Below are positions 33,976 to 42,495 of a stretch of 64,000 nucleotides of DNA, one piece after another. Below the pieces are notes generated by a model. The model was not told where the DNA came from, did no database searches, and worked only from the letters and a program-made list of their open reading frames with translations. The DNA is from a virus. Location of the stretch: IMG/VR virus record IMGVR_UViG_3300020724_000005, one strand, 5' to 3'. The first letter of the stretch is position 1. Each line of letters begins with the position of its first letter. The position numbers and the translations under genes are program-made.

Positions 33976-34338
33976 TTACTCATATATATCTGGGCATATT
34001 TTACCCCACTCTCTTAGACAAATTCCAGCTACATCATGAGCATCGTTCTCTATTGGGCTTCCAGTCTCTCCAGATTTTGGCCCCAGAGTTCCCATCTCGT
34101 TCTGCTTGTGGTGAGTCATTTCATGCGCCAGAGTCCTACATATGTCAGCGAGGTTTCTGTTCTTTATGTAAACGACTAGAGATCTTGTCTCATTGGTGTA
34201 CTCTCCCATGGTGCCTTTCTTCTTAGACCAGGCGTTGTCAGATATGAATTTGATCTTTGGAAGAGCCTCAAGGTCGAGAGCTTCTTTTGTGAAATTTATG
34301 AAGTCGGCGATTATTTCAGCCCTTTTTTGTAGTTCCAT
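33976..34338 (-). CDS. Small HExxH zinc-metallopeptidase-like protein
   Basis: 120 aa containing TLAHEMTHHKQNE. Confidence 0.5.
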   Translation of the reverse strand: MELQKRAEIIADFINFTKEALDLEALPKIKFISDNAWSKKKGTMGEYTNETRSLVVYIKNRNLADICRTLAHEMTHHKQNEMGTLGPKSGETGSPIENDAHDVAGICLREWGKICPDIYE

Positions 34339-34342
34339 ATAT

Positions 34343-34351
34343 TATAAATAT
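34343..34351 (-). promoter_or_regulatory. Promoter-like motif ATATTTATA
   Basis: 4 nt upstream of the ATG at 34338. Confidence 0.4.
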
Positions 34352-34352
34352 G

Positions 34353-37300
34353 CTACTCGTGGTATACCTTTGAAAAACCGTCTTTGACTTTGTCTATGGA
34401 GATCTGATGATCTACTATGTCTTTTATGGATTCTATGTGAGATATTATGACCACAAATTTGAACTGAGTCTTTAGGTATTCCATCAATATAGAGACGTTT
34501 CTAAGATTTCCTTGGTCTAAAGTTCCCCAGCCCTCATCTATAACCAGGAAGTTAGGTCTTGGCAAAGAAGTCAAATTTATCAAAGAAGACCTTATTGCTA
34601 GAGAAGATATGAATTTTTCCATGCCACTGGACAGCTCTATTGGCCACTTTTTGGTCTCATCATACACTATATAAGCATTTATGTTCTTACCGTCAGACTG
34701 TATTGAGATACAGAAATCTACTATCTGAGCCAGTATGTTGTTTATCTCATCCTGTATTTTTGGTATCACCGAGCTTATCAAATCATATGGAAGTCCGTCT
34801 CTTCCTGTTGCAGAAAGATAATACTCGTAGTATTTGAACTTATCTTCTAAAGCCTTCAGGTTGTTTATGTTTAGGTTTGTTTTTGCTATCTCTTCTTCAC
34901 ACACGTTGATGTTTGTATTACAGCTCATAACGTATCCAGACACCTTAGAAAGATCAGACTTTAAAGAAGATATCTCAGCCTGTAAAACATTTAGCCTTGA
35001 TCTTATGTCTTTGTTCGATTCTATGGCGGCTTCTTTTTCATCATGCAGTTTGATCTTCGACTCTACATCCTTTATTGATGTCTCATTTTTATGAAGGTCC
35101 AGATCTATCTTATTCAGATCAGACTCTGTCTTCATCTTTTCATTCTTCTTCTTTGTTAAATTTACTTGGGCAGATTCATACGATGCAACTTTTGTATTTA
35201 AAATTTGAACTCTTCCTTTTAATTCCTCCAGCTCTAATACTACTTTTTTTGAATTTTCTTTGTCAGATTCTATAGAACCTTTTGTGGCTATTGCATCTTT
35301 CACAAATGCATTTTCCATGCAATACTTGCAGCTTTCATCATATTTTAAATCCTCAAGCTTTTTCATCTTTTCTAGCTTCTGGGATATATCATACTTTAGA
35401 TTTTCTGAAAGTATAGACAGCTGAGCTATCTTATCAGTAGAATTTTTGAGATCAAGCTTTGCATCATTATAGCTCAATTCATCTGATTTTTGAGCTTCAT
35501 CTTCTGCTTTTTTTAGCTCTAATTCATTGTCTTTTAGCTTTTTTTCAAGGTCTTTCTTTTTATCATTTAAAGCAGATCTTACGTCAGTCATTGCTTTCTT
35601 TTGTGATTCTAACCTCTCTATGTCAAGTATATCTGAGTCTATCACCGCCAACTTTGAGCTCATTTTGACGTAATCTTCAGTTGCAATGTCTATTTGCTCT
35701 TCCAATATTTTTTTCTTTTCTTCGAGCTCTCTGTATTCTACAGAATACGATTTTAGACTTGAGTCTAGATCCTTCAACTTTGAAAAGTAGTCGTATTTTT
35801 TGTATTCTTTTATGAGCACTGAATACTCTTTTATATTCTCACTTGCAATGCTGTTTAGGTCTTCAAAAACTTTTATGTCCAAAAACTGAGACAGCAGATC
35901 CTTTCTTTCAGACTGCCCCATATCAATAAAACCAATGTTGTTATTCTGCATTGACATGCTAGTAAGAACAAAATCGTCATATGTTCCTATCACCGATCTT
36001 ATTGATGCATTTGTGTCTGCTCTATCTTTACCGTTAAGGAGGATGATATTTCCTTGATCATCTGCGTAATAAAAGCTTACATCTTGCTTTACACTGTCTG
36101 AGTTAGATCTGTATGACGCTCTTCTCTCTATGGTATAGATGTTTCCATCAAGTTCAAATTCAAATTTGCAATAGAAGTCATTGCTGCGGTTGTTCATAAC
36201 CATTGCTGCTTTGTTAGTCTTGGATGACTTGTCAAAAAGACAATACACAAGTGCTTCTATTGCAGAGCTTTTTCCAGATGCATTTCTGGCAAACACTCCA
36301 TAAGATCCATTCATATCTGTAAAGTCTATTACATTGTCTTTTCCATAGCTGAACATGTTAGAGAACTCAAATCTCTTTGGATTCCAGTGTATGTTTCTTA
36401 TAGAATCTGTCTTTGGCAAGCTTTTATTTATCTCTGTGTTGAGTTCACACACCTTTTCTATATCTTCTTGAGATAATCCAAATTTAGACTTTAAATGATC
36501 TGTCAGCAGAAAGTTTTGATATGACACATCTCTTACATTAGAGTTGTTTACATTAACAAGAGATGCAGATGTTTGGTCTTTTACAACCTGTTGAGTAAGC
36601 TCTATGACATTTTTTTGATCTTTTATTTCAGCCACTATGCTTTTTATTTCTGCTGGAGAAGTGTTTTTTGATCTTATCTTCAAGTATATGTTTACAGGAA
36701 GATCTTTTGGGAGGTCTTTGTATATACCATTTTCTACGTCTATAGTATAAAACGCTGTATCATTTTGTATCCTTACAAATTCTGAAGTTTTTGACTCTAC
36801 ATCCCACACAAGTATTCCATGGTCTAAAGACTCTCCATGGTCTTGTTGTATCAGGCTTCCTGGATAAGCTGCTGTCTTCTTGTCATTTACATACTGGCAC
36901 GCAACATGTATGTCTCCAAGCAGTGCAAGATCAAACCCACCAAAGTCAGATGGGCTTACGCTATTGCCAGTAAGCTTGAACCCAAGATCAGTGTAAGAAT
37001 CATTAACTGGTCCGTGGTACAGACATATCTTACATTCAGACTTTATATCAGACGCTTTTATGTAGTTTTTTACGTCATCAAATACTGACCAATGTACAAA
37101 ATCTATGTTTGCTATCTTAAATACCCCGCTGTCTTTTAGATAAGTTATATTCTTGTCTGCCATTGCATTTATGATAGGACTTAAGCTATCTAGCCTATCA
37201 TTGTTGTTTAGATTTGCGTCATGATTGCCAGGTATAACTACAACTGGCAACAGCGCACTCATCATCCTTAAGAACTCTTGCACTTCTTGCACAAGCTCCG

Positions 37301-37478
37301 GCGTTATGTCTGTTTTTGAATGCACAACATCTCCAGTTATGCAAATTATGCTTTCATCTGTCTTTGTATTTTTTATGTAGTCTGAGACTTTTTGAAACAC
37401 CCTTTTGTATTCAGCGTGTCTTTTAAAATTTCGCAGATGTATGTCTGATATGTGGTAGATCTTTTTTATTTTTAGCAT
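34353..37478 (-). CDS. Fused Mre11/SbcD-like nuclease + Rad50/SbcC-like ATPase (T4 gp47+gp46 equivalents in one polypeptide)
   Basis: N-terminal phosphoesterase motifs: SDIHLR, TGDVVH, PGNHD, LYHG, LLGDIH. Rad50 part: Walker A GVFARNASGKSS, Q-loop MSMQNN, long coiled coil with a CKYC zinc hook (~35318-35330), signature LSSGMEKF, Walker B FLVIDEG, H-loop IISHIE. Confidence 0.85.
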   Translation of the reverse strand: MLKIKKIYHISDIHLRNFKRHAEYKRVFQKVSDYIKNTKTDESIICITGDVVHSKTDITPELVQEVQEFLRMMSALLPVVVIPGNHDANLNNNDRLDSLSPIINAMADKNITYLKDSGVFKIANIDFVHWSVFDDVKNYIKASDIKSECKICLYHGPVNDSYTDLGFKLTGNSVSPSDFGGFDLALLGDIHVACQYVNDKKTAAYPGSLIQQDHGESLDHGILVWDVESKTSEFVRIQNDTAFYTIDVENGIYKDLPKDLPVNIYLKIRSKNTSPAEIKSIVAEIKDQKNVIELTQQVVKDQTSASLVNVNNSNVRDVSYQNFLLTDHLKSKFGLSQEDIEKVCELNTEINKSLPKTDSIRNIHWNPKRFEFSNMFSYGKDNVIDFTDMNGSYGVFARNASGKSSAIEALVYCLFDKSSKTNKAAMVMNNRSNDFYCKFEFELDGNIYTIERRASYRSNSDSVKQDVSFYYADDQGNIILLNGKDRADTNASIRSVIGTYDDFVLTSMSMQNNNIGFIDMGQSERKDLLSQFLDIKVFEDLNSIASENIKEYSVLIKEYKKYDYFSKLKDLDSSLKSYSVEYRELEEKKKILEEQIDIATEDYVKMSSKLAVIDSDILDIERLESQKKAMTDVRSALNDKKKDLEKKLKDNELELKKAEDEAQKSDELSYNDAKLDLKNSTDKIAQLSILSENLKYDISQKLEKMKKLEDLKYDESCKYCMENAFVKDAIATKGSIESDKENSKKVVLELEELKGRVQILNTKVASYESAQVNLTKKKNEKMKTESDLNKIDLDLHKNETSIKDVESKIKLHDEKEAAIESNKDIRSRLNVLQAEISSLKSDLSKVSGYVMSCNTNINVCEEEIAKTNLNINNLKALEDKFKYYEYYLSATGRDGLPYDLISSVIPKIQDEINNILAQIVDFCISIQSDGKNINAYIVYDETKKWPIELSSGMEKFISSLAIRSSLINLTSLPRPNFLVIDEGWGTLDQGNLRNVSILMEYLKTQFKFVVIISHIESIKDIVDHQISIDKVKDGFSKVYHE

Positions 37479-38410
37479 AATGCTGTTTGCATTTTTAACA
37501 TTAATAAACTTGATGCTGTCAAAGGTTTTGCCTTATGTAAGTATTCTATCGTTCCTTTAAATCCTATCTCAGAAGGATCTTTTCCTTCAAGCTTGATCAG
37601 GTAAACTTCCTTTCCAAAGTCTAGTAGCTTTTGTGCGTGGTCTATAGATTCCATTAGAGCATCTTCATCCAAAGCAAGATATATGGTCTTGACTTCATGT
37701 TGAAGCAGCTTGATCATTAGTGCCTTTGATATTGTCTTTCCAAATAATGGAACTGCATTTCTTTTTACAGCCATAGCGTCAAATATGCCTTCGCACAATA
37801 TGATCGGAACTTCCCAGTTTATATAATATTCAAAGCCGATGATCTCAGATTTTTTGCATTCTGGAGAGTCTATCTTAAGCTTAGGCTCCTTTTCAAAAGA
37901 CCTAGCTATAAAATAATTGATCTTGCCATCTTTGTTGTAGGATGGTATGATAACTTTGTTTTTATATCTGCCTGAAGCACAATACCCTATGTTGTATTTT
38001 TTGATATCTAAGTCTGTTAAATTTCTCTTTTTTAGATAGATCATAGCCTGTCTTTTTTCTAAACTCAAATCAGAGTTGTCTAACAAGCTAACAAACTCTT
38101 TAGGCATAGATACAGATTTCTGTTCTTTATCTACATCAACACTTGTAGTATCATTTAAAAAATAGCTCTTCATCTCTCTTATGGCTTCAGATGGAGCTTC
38201 TATCTTTTTTAACAAAGATACTGGAGTTTTCCCCTTTGTTGCAGGGTGGCACGTAAAGCAGTTGTAGTTTCCAGAAATAACATTGATTATAAGCTTTGGA
38301 TTTTTATGCTTACATATAGGACAATAGAATGATACATCTCCTTTTGAAAGATTTTTACCTTTTCCTATATAAACTTCAAGTAAACTTTGAACCAATCGGG
38401 AATTATCCAT
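37472..38410 (-). CDS. DNA primase (DnaG/TOPRIM type, T4 gp61-like)
   Basis: Zn finger CPICKHK-x17-CFTCH. TOPRIM ILCEGIFDAMAV and LALDEDA. The track start (38554) is a TTG. The first ATG at 38408-38410 gives MDNSRLVQSLL. Confidence 0.8.
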   Translation of the reverse strand: MDNSRLVQSLLEVYIGKGKNLSKGDVSFYCPICKHKNPKLIINVISGNYNCFTCHPATKGKTPVSLLKKIEAPSEAIREMKSYFLNDTTSVDVDKEQKSVSMPKEFVSLLDNSDLSLEKRQAMIYLKKRNLTDLDIKKYNIGYCASGRYKNKVIIPSYNKDGKINYFIARSFEKEPKLKIDSPECKKSEIIGFEYYINWEVPIILCEGIFDAMAVKRNAVPLFGKTISKALMIKLLQHEVKTIYLALDEDALMESIDHAQKLLDFGKEVYLIKLEGKDPSEIGFKGTIEYLHKAKPLTASSLLMLKMQTALC

Positions 38411-38623
38411 ATTACAGAATATGATAAAAAACTTATTAATAGATAAATTTAAAAAAAAAGTGAACAAAAATAATTCCACTTTAAACGAGAATTTTTTTAT
38501 TCCACAGAATTTTTTATTTTCTCTAAACGGAACGGGGAGATAGTAGTGGAACAAAGGGGCTGGCGCCCAAGCTACTTAATAACATAAGAATATAATAATA
38601 CTATAAGTATACTATATAATACT

Positions 38624-38782
38624 ATGAATATAGAAGATTATAAAGACAGAAAAGAATTAACTGAAGATGAACTGGACGCATTGTATATGTATCTTGCTAT
38701 AGAATTAGAAGGAATGCAAGATGAACAAAGAGCTATGTGGGCAGATATTCTTGATAAAATTGACCCAGATGACCAGATATAA
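38624..38782 (+). CDS. Small acidic ORF (52 aa), first gene of the plus-strand block
   Basis: Hand-translated MNIEDYKDRKELTEDELDALYMYLAIELEGMQDEQRAMWADILDKIDPDDQI*. It is below the ORF-track length cutoff, and its end overlaps the next start by 14 nt. Confidence 0.4.
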   Translation: MNIEDYKDRKELTEDELDALYMYLAIELEGMQDEQRAMWADILDKIDPDDQI

Positions 38783-39095
38783 AATCGTATTAGCAACTCT
38801 TACTGGATGTAAGTCTTGCCAAGGACTTAAAGAACTTTTAAATGCAAATCAAATAAAATTTGTAGAAGTTCCGTGTGATAAAGATCCTGGAATGTGTGAC
38901 CAGCTTGAAAAGATAACTGGAAAGTCACACTATCCTATGGCAGTAATAAAGGACTTGACTAAAAACTTAGACTACATATATTTCACAAGTTTTGATTATA
39001 ATGAATTAGGAAAAGAAAGAATTGTTGATGAAAAAGTTAGAGCTGTCCCGTTCTTTTCCCAGGAAGAAATACTAAAAAAGATAAAAAATATATGA
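38769..39095 (+). CDS. Glutaredoxin/thioredoxin-like protein (NrdC/NrdH-like)
   Basis: MTRYKIVLATLTGCKSCQGLKELL (CxxC after beta1), then ...YPMAVIKD. The start is re-set to the ATG at 38769. Confidence 0.65.
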   Translation: MTRYKIVLATLTGCKSCQGLKELLNANQIKFVEVPCDKDPGMCDQLEKITGKSHYPMAVIKDLTKNLDYIYFTSFDYNELGKERIVDEKVRAVPFFSQEEILKKIKNI

Positions 39096-39739
39096 TGAAA
39101 CAACTTACAGAGCAGAAGCTAATAGACAATGTCGCAAAGTTCTATGATCTGATAAATAAATATCTTCCAGATAATTCAAGAACAAAGAAGCTGATTAAAT
39201 TCTATGAAGGAATAGAAGTCACTTTGACCACATCGCCAGCATCTACAAAAATACACCACCACAACTGCTTCATAGGAGGATACGTAGATCATGTTATTAG
39301 AGTCACAGAAGCTGCACTGGTAATGGACAAGGTTTGGGATAAATTTGGTGCTGCAAAAAACCATACAACTGAAGAACTTGTGTTTTCTGCTATAAATCAT
39401 GATCTTGGGAAGCTTGGTACGAACTCAGATCCATACTATTTACCACAACCGTCAGAGTGGCACCAAAAGAACCAAGGGAAGTATTTTACTTACAATCCAA
39501 AGGTAACTCACATGAAGATAGCAGATAGAAGCCTGTTTTACCTTCAGCAAGCAGGCATACAAGTATCTGAAAATGAATACATTGCAATAAAAATACATGA
39601 CGGACTTTTTGAATCTGGAAATGAATCATATCTAATAACAAGTTCTCCAGACTTACAACTGAAAAGCCACCTTCCTTGCATATTGCACCAAGCTGATCTG
39701 ATGGCATCCAGAGTAGAAAACGACGTAAACAAAGCATAA
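39092..39739 (+). CDS. HD-domain metal-dependent phosphohydrolase
   Basis: YVDHVIRV, INHDLGKLG, KIHDGLFE, HQADLMA (H...HD...H...D pattern). Confidence 0.75.
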   Translation: MMKQLTEQKLIDNVAKFYDLINKYLPDNSRTKKLIKFYEGIEVTLTTSPASTKIHHHNCFIGGYVDHVIRVTEAALVMDKVWDKFGAAKNHTTEELVFSAINHDLGKLGTNSDPYYLPQPSEWHQKNQGKYFTYNPKVTHMKIADRSLFYLQQAGIQVSENEYIAIKIHDGLFESGNESYLITSSPDLQLKSHLPCILHQADLMASRVENDVNKA

Positions 39740-39740
39740 T

Positions 39741-40013
39741 ATGATAGAAGTAATTTCAATAGCAATTTGGCCGCTCACAATCATCGGATATGTGATCTGG
39801 AATCTATACAACAAGAACGTTAGACTAGAAAAGATGCTCAAAAAGGAAGACGAATTTGTGAGAAAAGTTTTATCTTTGGCCGATAACATAGACAAGACAG
39901 CCGCAAAGATAGATGCAACTATGTGGGTGTCAGCTGATCAAGAGCTCAAGACGATGTTTGAAGACATCAAGACTATGCAAGAGAGCATAAAACAATTCAC
40001 AGGTAAACTATGA
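39741..40013 (+). CDS. Small membrane-anchored protein
   Basis: 90 aa with an N-terminal TMD VISIAIWPLTIIGYVIW. Confidence 0.55.
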   Translation: MIEVISIAIWPLTIIGYVIWNLYNKNVRLEKMLKKEDEFVRKVLSLADNIDKTAAKIDATMWVSADQELKTMFEDIKTMQESIKQFTGKL

Positions 40014-40750
40014 GCATGGCAGAAGAAGTTTTACTGACAAAGAAAGGGAATCCTAGAAAGAGAAAGCCAAAGTCAAAGATAGATTACTTCACTTTAGAGA
40101 CACAGGATGCGATACTTAGGTACAGAGAGAGTCACAGCCAAGACGAAAGAAACAGGATATACAACGCTGAGATCCACAATGCTTTATACAAATTAGCCGA
40201 GAACATAATCCACACTTTCAAGTTTTATCACACTGAGGTTGAGAATTTGGAAGATCTAAAGTATGAAGTGATCTCTTTCATGCTCCAAAAGCTGCATCTG
40301 TACGATACTACTAAAGGAAAGGCGTATTCTTATTTTGGCACTATAGCAAAAAGGTATCTCATAGCATACTGCCAGAGAAACTACAACAAGCTTGTAGAAA
40401 AGAAGTCTATAGATAACGTAGACAATGATGAAATGACAATAGACAGCTTGGTAATGACGCCTGGAAACGGTGAACTTAACAGGCTTGAGGTGATAGACGA
40501 GCTCATCCAGCACATAGAACTCAACATGTTCAATATGTTTGAGAAAGAAGATGAGATAAAAGCAGCAGATGCTGTAGTTGAGATCTTGAGAAGGTCAGAT
40601 ACGATAGACATCTCAAACAAAAAAGTGCTCTACATCTACGTAAAGGAGATAGCGAACGTAAAATCTACAGCTATAACCCATGTGATAAACCGAATGAAAG
40701 TCATCTATAAAGGAATACTCAACAGAAAAATAGAAAACGAGGATTACTAA
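40010..40750 (+). CDS. Phage-encoded sigma factor (sigma70 region-2-like, T4 gp55 / ECF-like)
   Basis: EIHNALYKLAENIIHTF...LEDLKYEVISFMLQKLHLYDTTKGKAYSYFGTIAKRYLIAY matches the region-2 pattern and the gp55 AY.TQ...NAF block. A C-terminal HTH-like segment is present. It lies near the Mre11/Rad50 genes, as gene 55 does in T4. Confidence 0.6.
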   Translation: MSMAEEVLLTKKGNPRKRKPKSKIDYFTLETQDAILRYRESHSQDERNRIYNAEIHNALYKLAENIIHTFKFYHTEVENLEDLKYEVISFMLQKLHLYDTTKGKAYSYFGTIAKRYLIAYCQRNYNKLVEKKSIDNVDNDEMTIDSLVMTPGNGELNRLEVIDELIQHIELNMFNMFEKEDEIKAADAVVEILRRSDTIDISNKKVLYIYVKEIANVKSTAITHVINRMKVIYKGILNRKIENEDY

Positions 40751-40758
40751 TATTTATA
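40750..40758 (+). promoter_or_regulatory. Promoter-like motif ATATTTATA
   Basis: 12 nt upstream of the ATG at 40771. It overlaps the sigma-factor stop codon. Confidence 0.5.
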
Positions 40759-40770
40759 TAGAAAAGAACT

Positions 40771-41133
40771 ATGGCTTTAGATTTGAGTCAGACAGTGTTT
40801 GAGGGCAAAAAGCTTGAAGATCTTGTCAAAGAGGTGTATGATAACCACAAAGATCAAGACCAAAAACTAAAAACTGAGATCACTAGGCTAGCCGGGATGA
40901 TATCTAATCCTGGAGACGCAGTAGTGATCATTCCTATGTTGAAAGGTCTCATGGATTCTAGCTTAAAGAACGATGAGACTATATTGAAGCTTGTGAATGT
41001 GTTCCAGAAAGCTGCAGAAAGCTCCAAAAAAGACGACTCTGAAGATCTTGGGATACTTACAGAGAAAGACGTAGAACAGCTTTTTCAAGAGATAAACATT
41101 ATAAAAGCCCCAAAGGAGAAAGAAAATGTCTGA
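40771..41133 (+). CDS. Hypothetical protein
   Basis: 120-aa ATG ORF with a promoter-like motif 12 nt upstream. Confidence 0.6.
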   Translation: MALDLSQTVFEGKKLEDLVKEVYDNHKDQDQKLKTEITRLAGMISNPGDAVVIIPMLKGLMDSSLKNDETILKLVNVFQKAAESSKKDDSEDLGILTEKDVEQLFQEINIIKAPKEKENV

Positions 41134-42043
41134 TGCTTTAGGTAGGAACCATGGATCTGGCATAATGCCAAAAGGAAGCACCAGCTTTTTTATGGGACGT
41201 GTCAAAAACATAGTCCTTGGTCCGTATTTAGATAATACAAAAACACCAAATCCAGACTACAATTCAGCAGCAGATGTAGGAAAGATCATATTTGAGCTTC
41301 CTTACGGAGACATAACTAGCACCAAGTACAATAAAGAAAACAGACCAGCATACCCAATGTTCGGTTTTCTCAGACAGTACCCTTTGATAGGAGAGATAGT
41401 TTTTATAGTAGCTGGACCATCTGACAAGCTAAACGATCATAAAGATCACCAAAAGTTGTTTTACTTGCCTGCGTATGCTCTGTGGAATTCTGTGAACCAC
41501 AACGTGTTCCCAAACATGCAGGAATTCAACCAATTCCAACAGCAGATAGCAATGAAACCTGGGTATACAGGATACCCATCTAGGTCAGGCAACCCTCCAG
41601 AGTTTCCTAAAGGAAGTACATTTACAGAATCTTCTGACATAAGGACTTTAACTCCGTTTGAGGGAGATGCTGTGATAGAAGGAAGATTCGGTCAATCTAT
41701 AAGATTTGGATCTACTGTAAGCAAATTCAAAGGATATAACTCTTGGTCTGATGTTGGGACGAATGGATCTCCTATAACTATAATAAGGAATGGTCAGGGC
41801 AAAGTTACTAGCCCAAAAGATCCTTTTGCGAGCACAGTAGAAGACATAAACACAGATGGAGCATCTATATACATGACTTCTGACCAGAGGATAGTTATAG
41901 ATGATCTTTCAAACTTTCCTATGAATTCTTACGGAAAGTCAATAGTGTCTACTGCAGTGTCTAATGTGGTGTCAGTGTTTGAAAAGCCTACTTCTAATGA
42001 CTACTCGGCTGCTTCAGATCAAGACGAAAAAACGTTCAGCTAA
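41126..42043 (+). CDS. Baseplate central-spike protein, gp5 N-terminal OB-fold-like (tentative)
   Basis: GRVKNIVLGP...PMFGFLRQYPLIGEIVFIV...LWNSVNHNVFPN...EGRFGQSIRFGST resembles my recollection of gp5-type spike proteins. No lysozyme domain was seen. Confidence 0.45.
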   Translation: MSDALGRNHGSGIMPKGSTSFFMGRVKNIVLGPYLDNTKTPNPDYNSAADVGKIIFELPYGDITSTKYNKENRPAYPMFGFLRQYPLIGEIVFIVAGPSDKLNDHKDHQKLFYLPAYALWNSVNHNVFPNMQEFNQFQQQIAMKPGYTGYPSRSGNPPEFPKGSTFTESSDIRTLTPFEGDAVIEGRFGQSIRFGSTVSKFKGYNSWSDVGTNGSPITIIRNGQGKVTSPKDPFASTVEDINTDGASIYMTSDQRIVIDDLSNFPMNSYGKSIVSTAVSNVVSVFEKPTSNDYSAASDQDEKTFS

Positions 42044-42495
42044 TGACAAAACCAGAATTTCCATTCTTAGGACCACAGACTATAATCAGTTCAGATAGAG
42101 TTACTCTCCATTCAAAAAAGGATGGTGTTTTTCTTTTCGGTAAATCGACTGTTGGATTATCTTCAGTTGGAACTGTAAATCTGGATTCTAATGAGCAAGT
42201 GCTAATAGATGCACCAAAAATAACTTTAGGACATCAAGCAGATATTCTGGGAAATCAAGCAGTCTTAGGAAATCAGCTTCTTGGATCTTTAAACACTCTG
42301 CTAGATTCTTTAAATACTTTAGGAGATGCTCTAGCAAAAGTAGATGGAACTACTCCGATTTCTACTAAAATAAGCCTTACCATGCTTAAAGTAGTAGGAG
42401 ATAATCTAAAACAGGTCGTGACTATAATTAAAACAACGATAAATGATACAGATCCAGACGTAGGGATACTGTCAAACACAACATACACAAGGTAA
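42043..42495 (+). CDS. Baseplate/spike-associated protein (tentative)
   Basis: 150 aa with an ATGA-type overlap with the preceding gene. Assigned by position only. Confidence 0.4.
   Translation: MTKPEFPFLGPQTIISSDRVTLHSKKDGVFLFGKSTVGLSSVGTVNLDSNEQVLIDAPKITLGHQADILGNQAVLGNQLLGSLNTLLDSLNTLGDALAKVDGTTPISTKISLTMLKVVGDNLKQVVTIIKTTINDTDPDVGILSNTTYTR

Noticed and set aside
33969-34387. + strand ORFs 33969..34226 and 34193..34387, downstream of the reverse-oriented motif at 33917.
   Set aside because: They overlap the HExxH gene 33976..34338 on the opposite strand and have no coding-like features. They are kept only as a possible antisense-transcript note.
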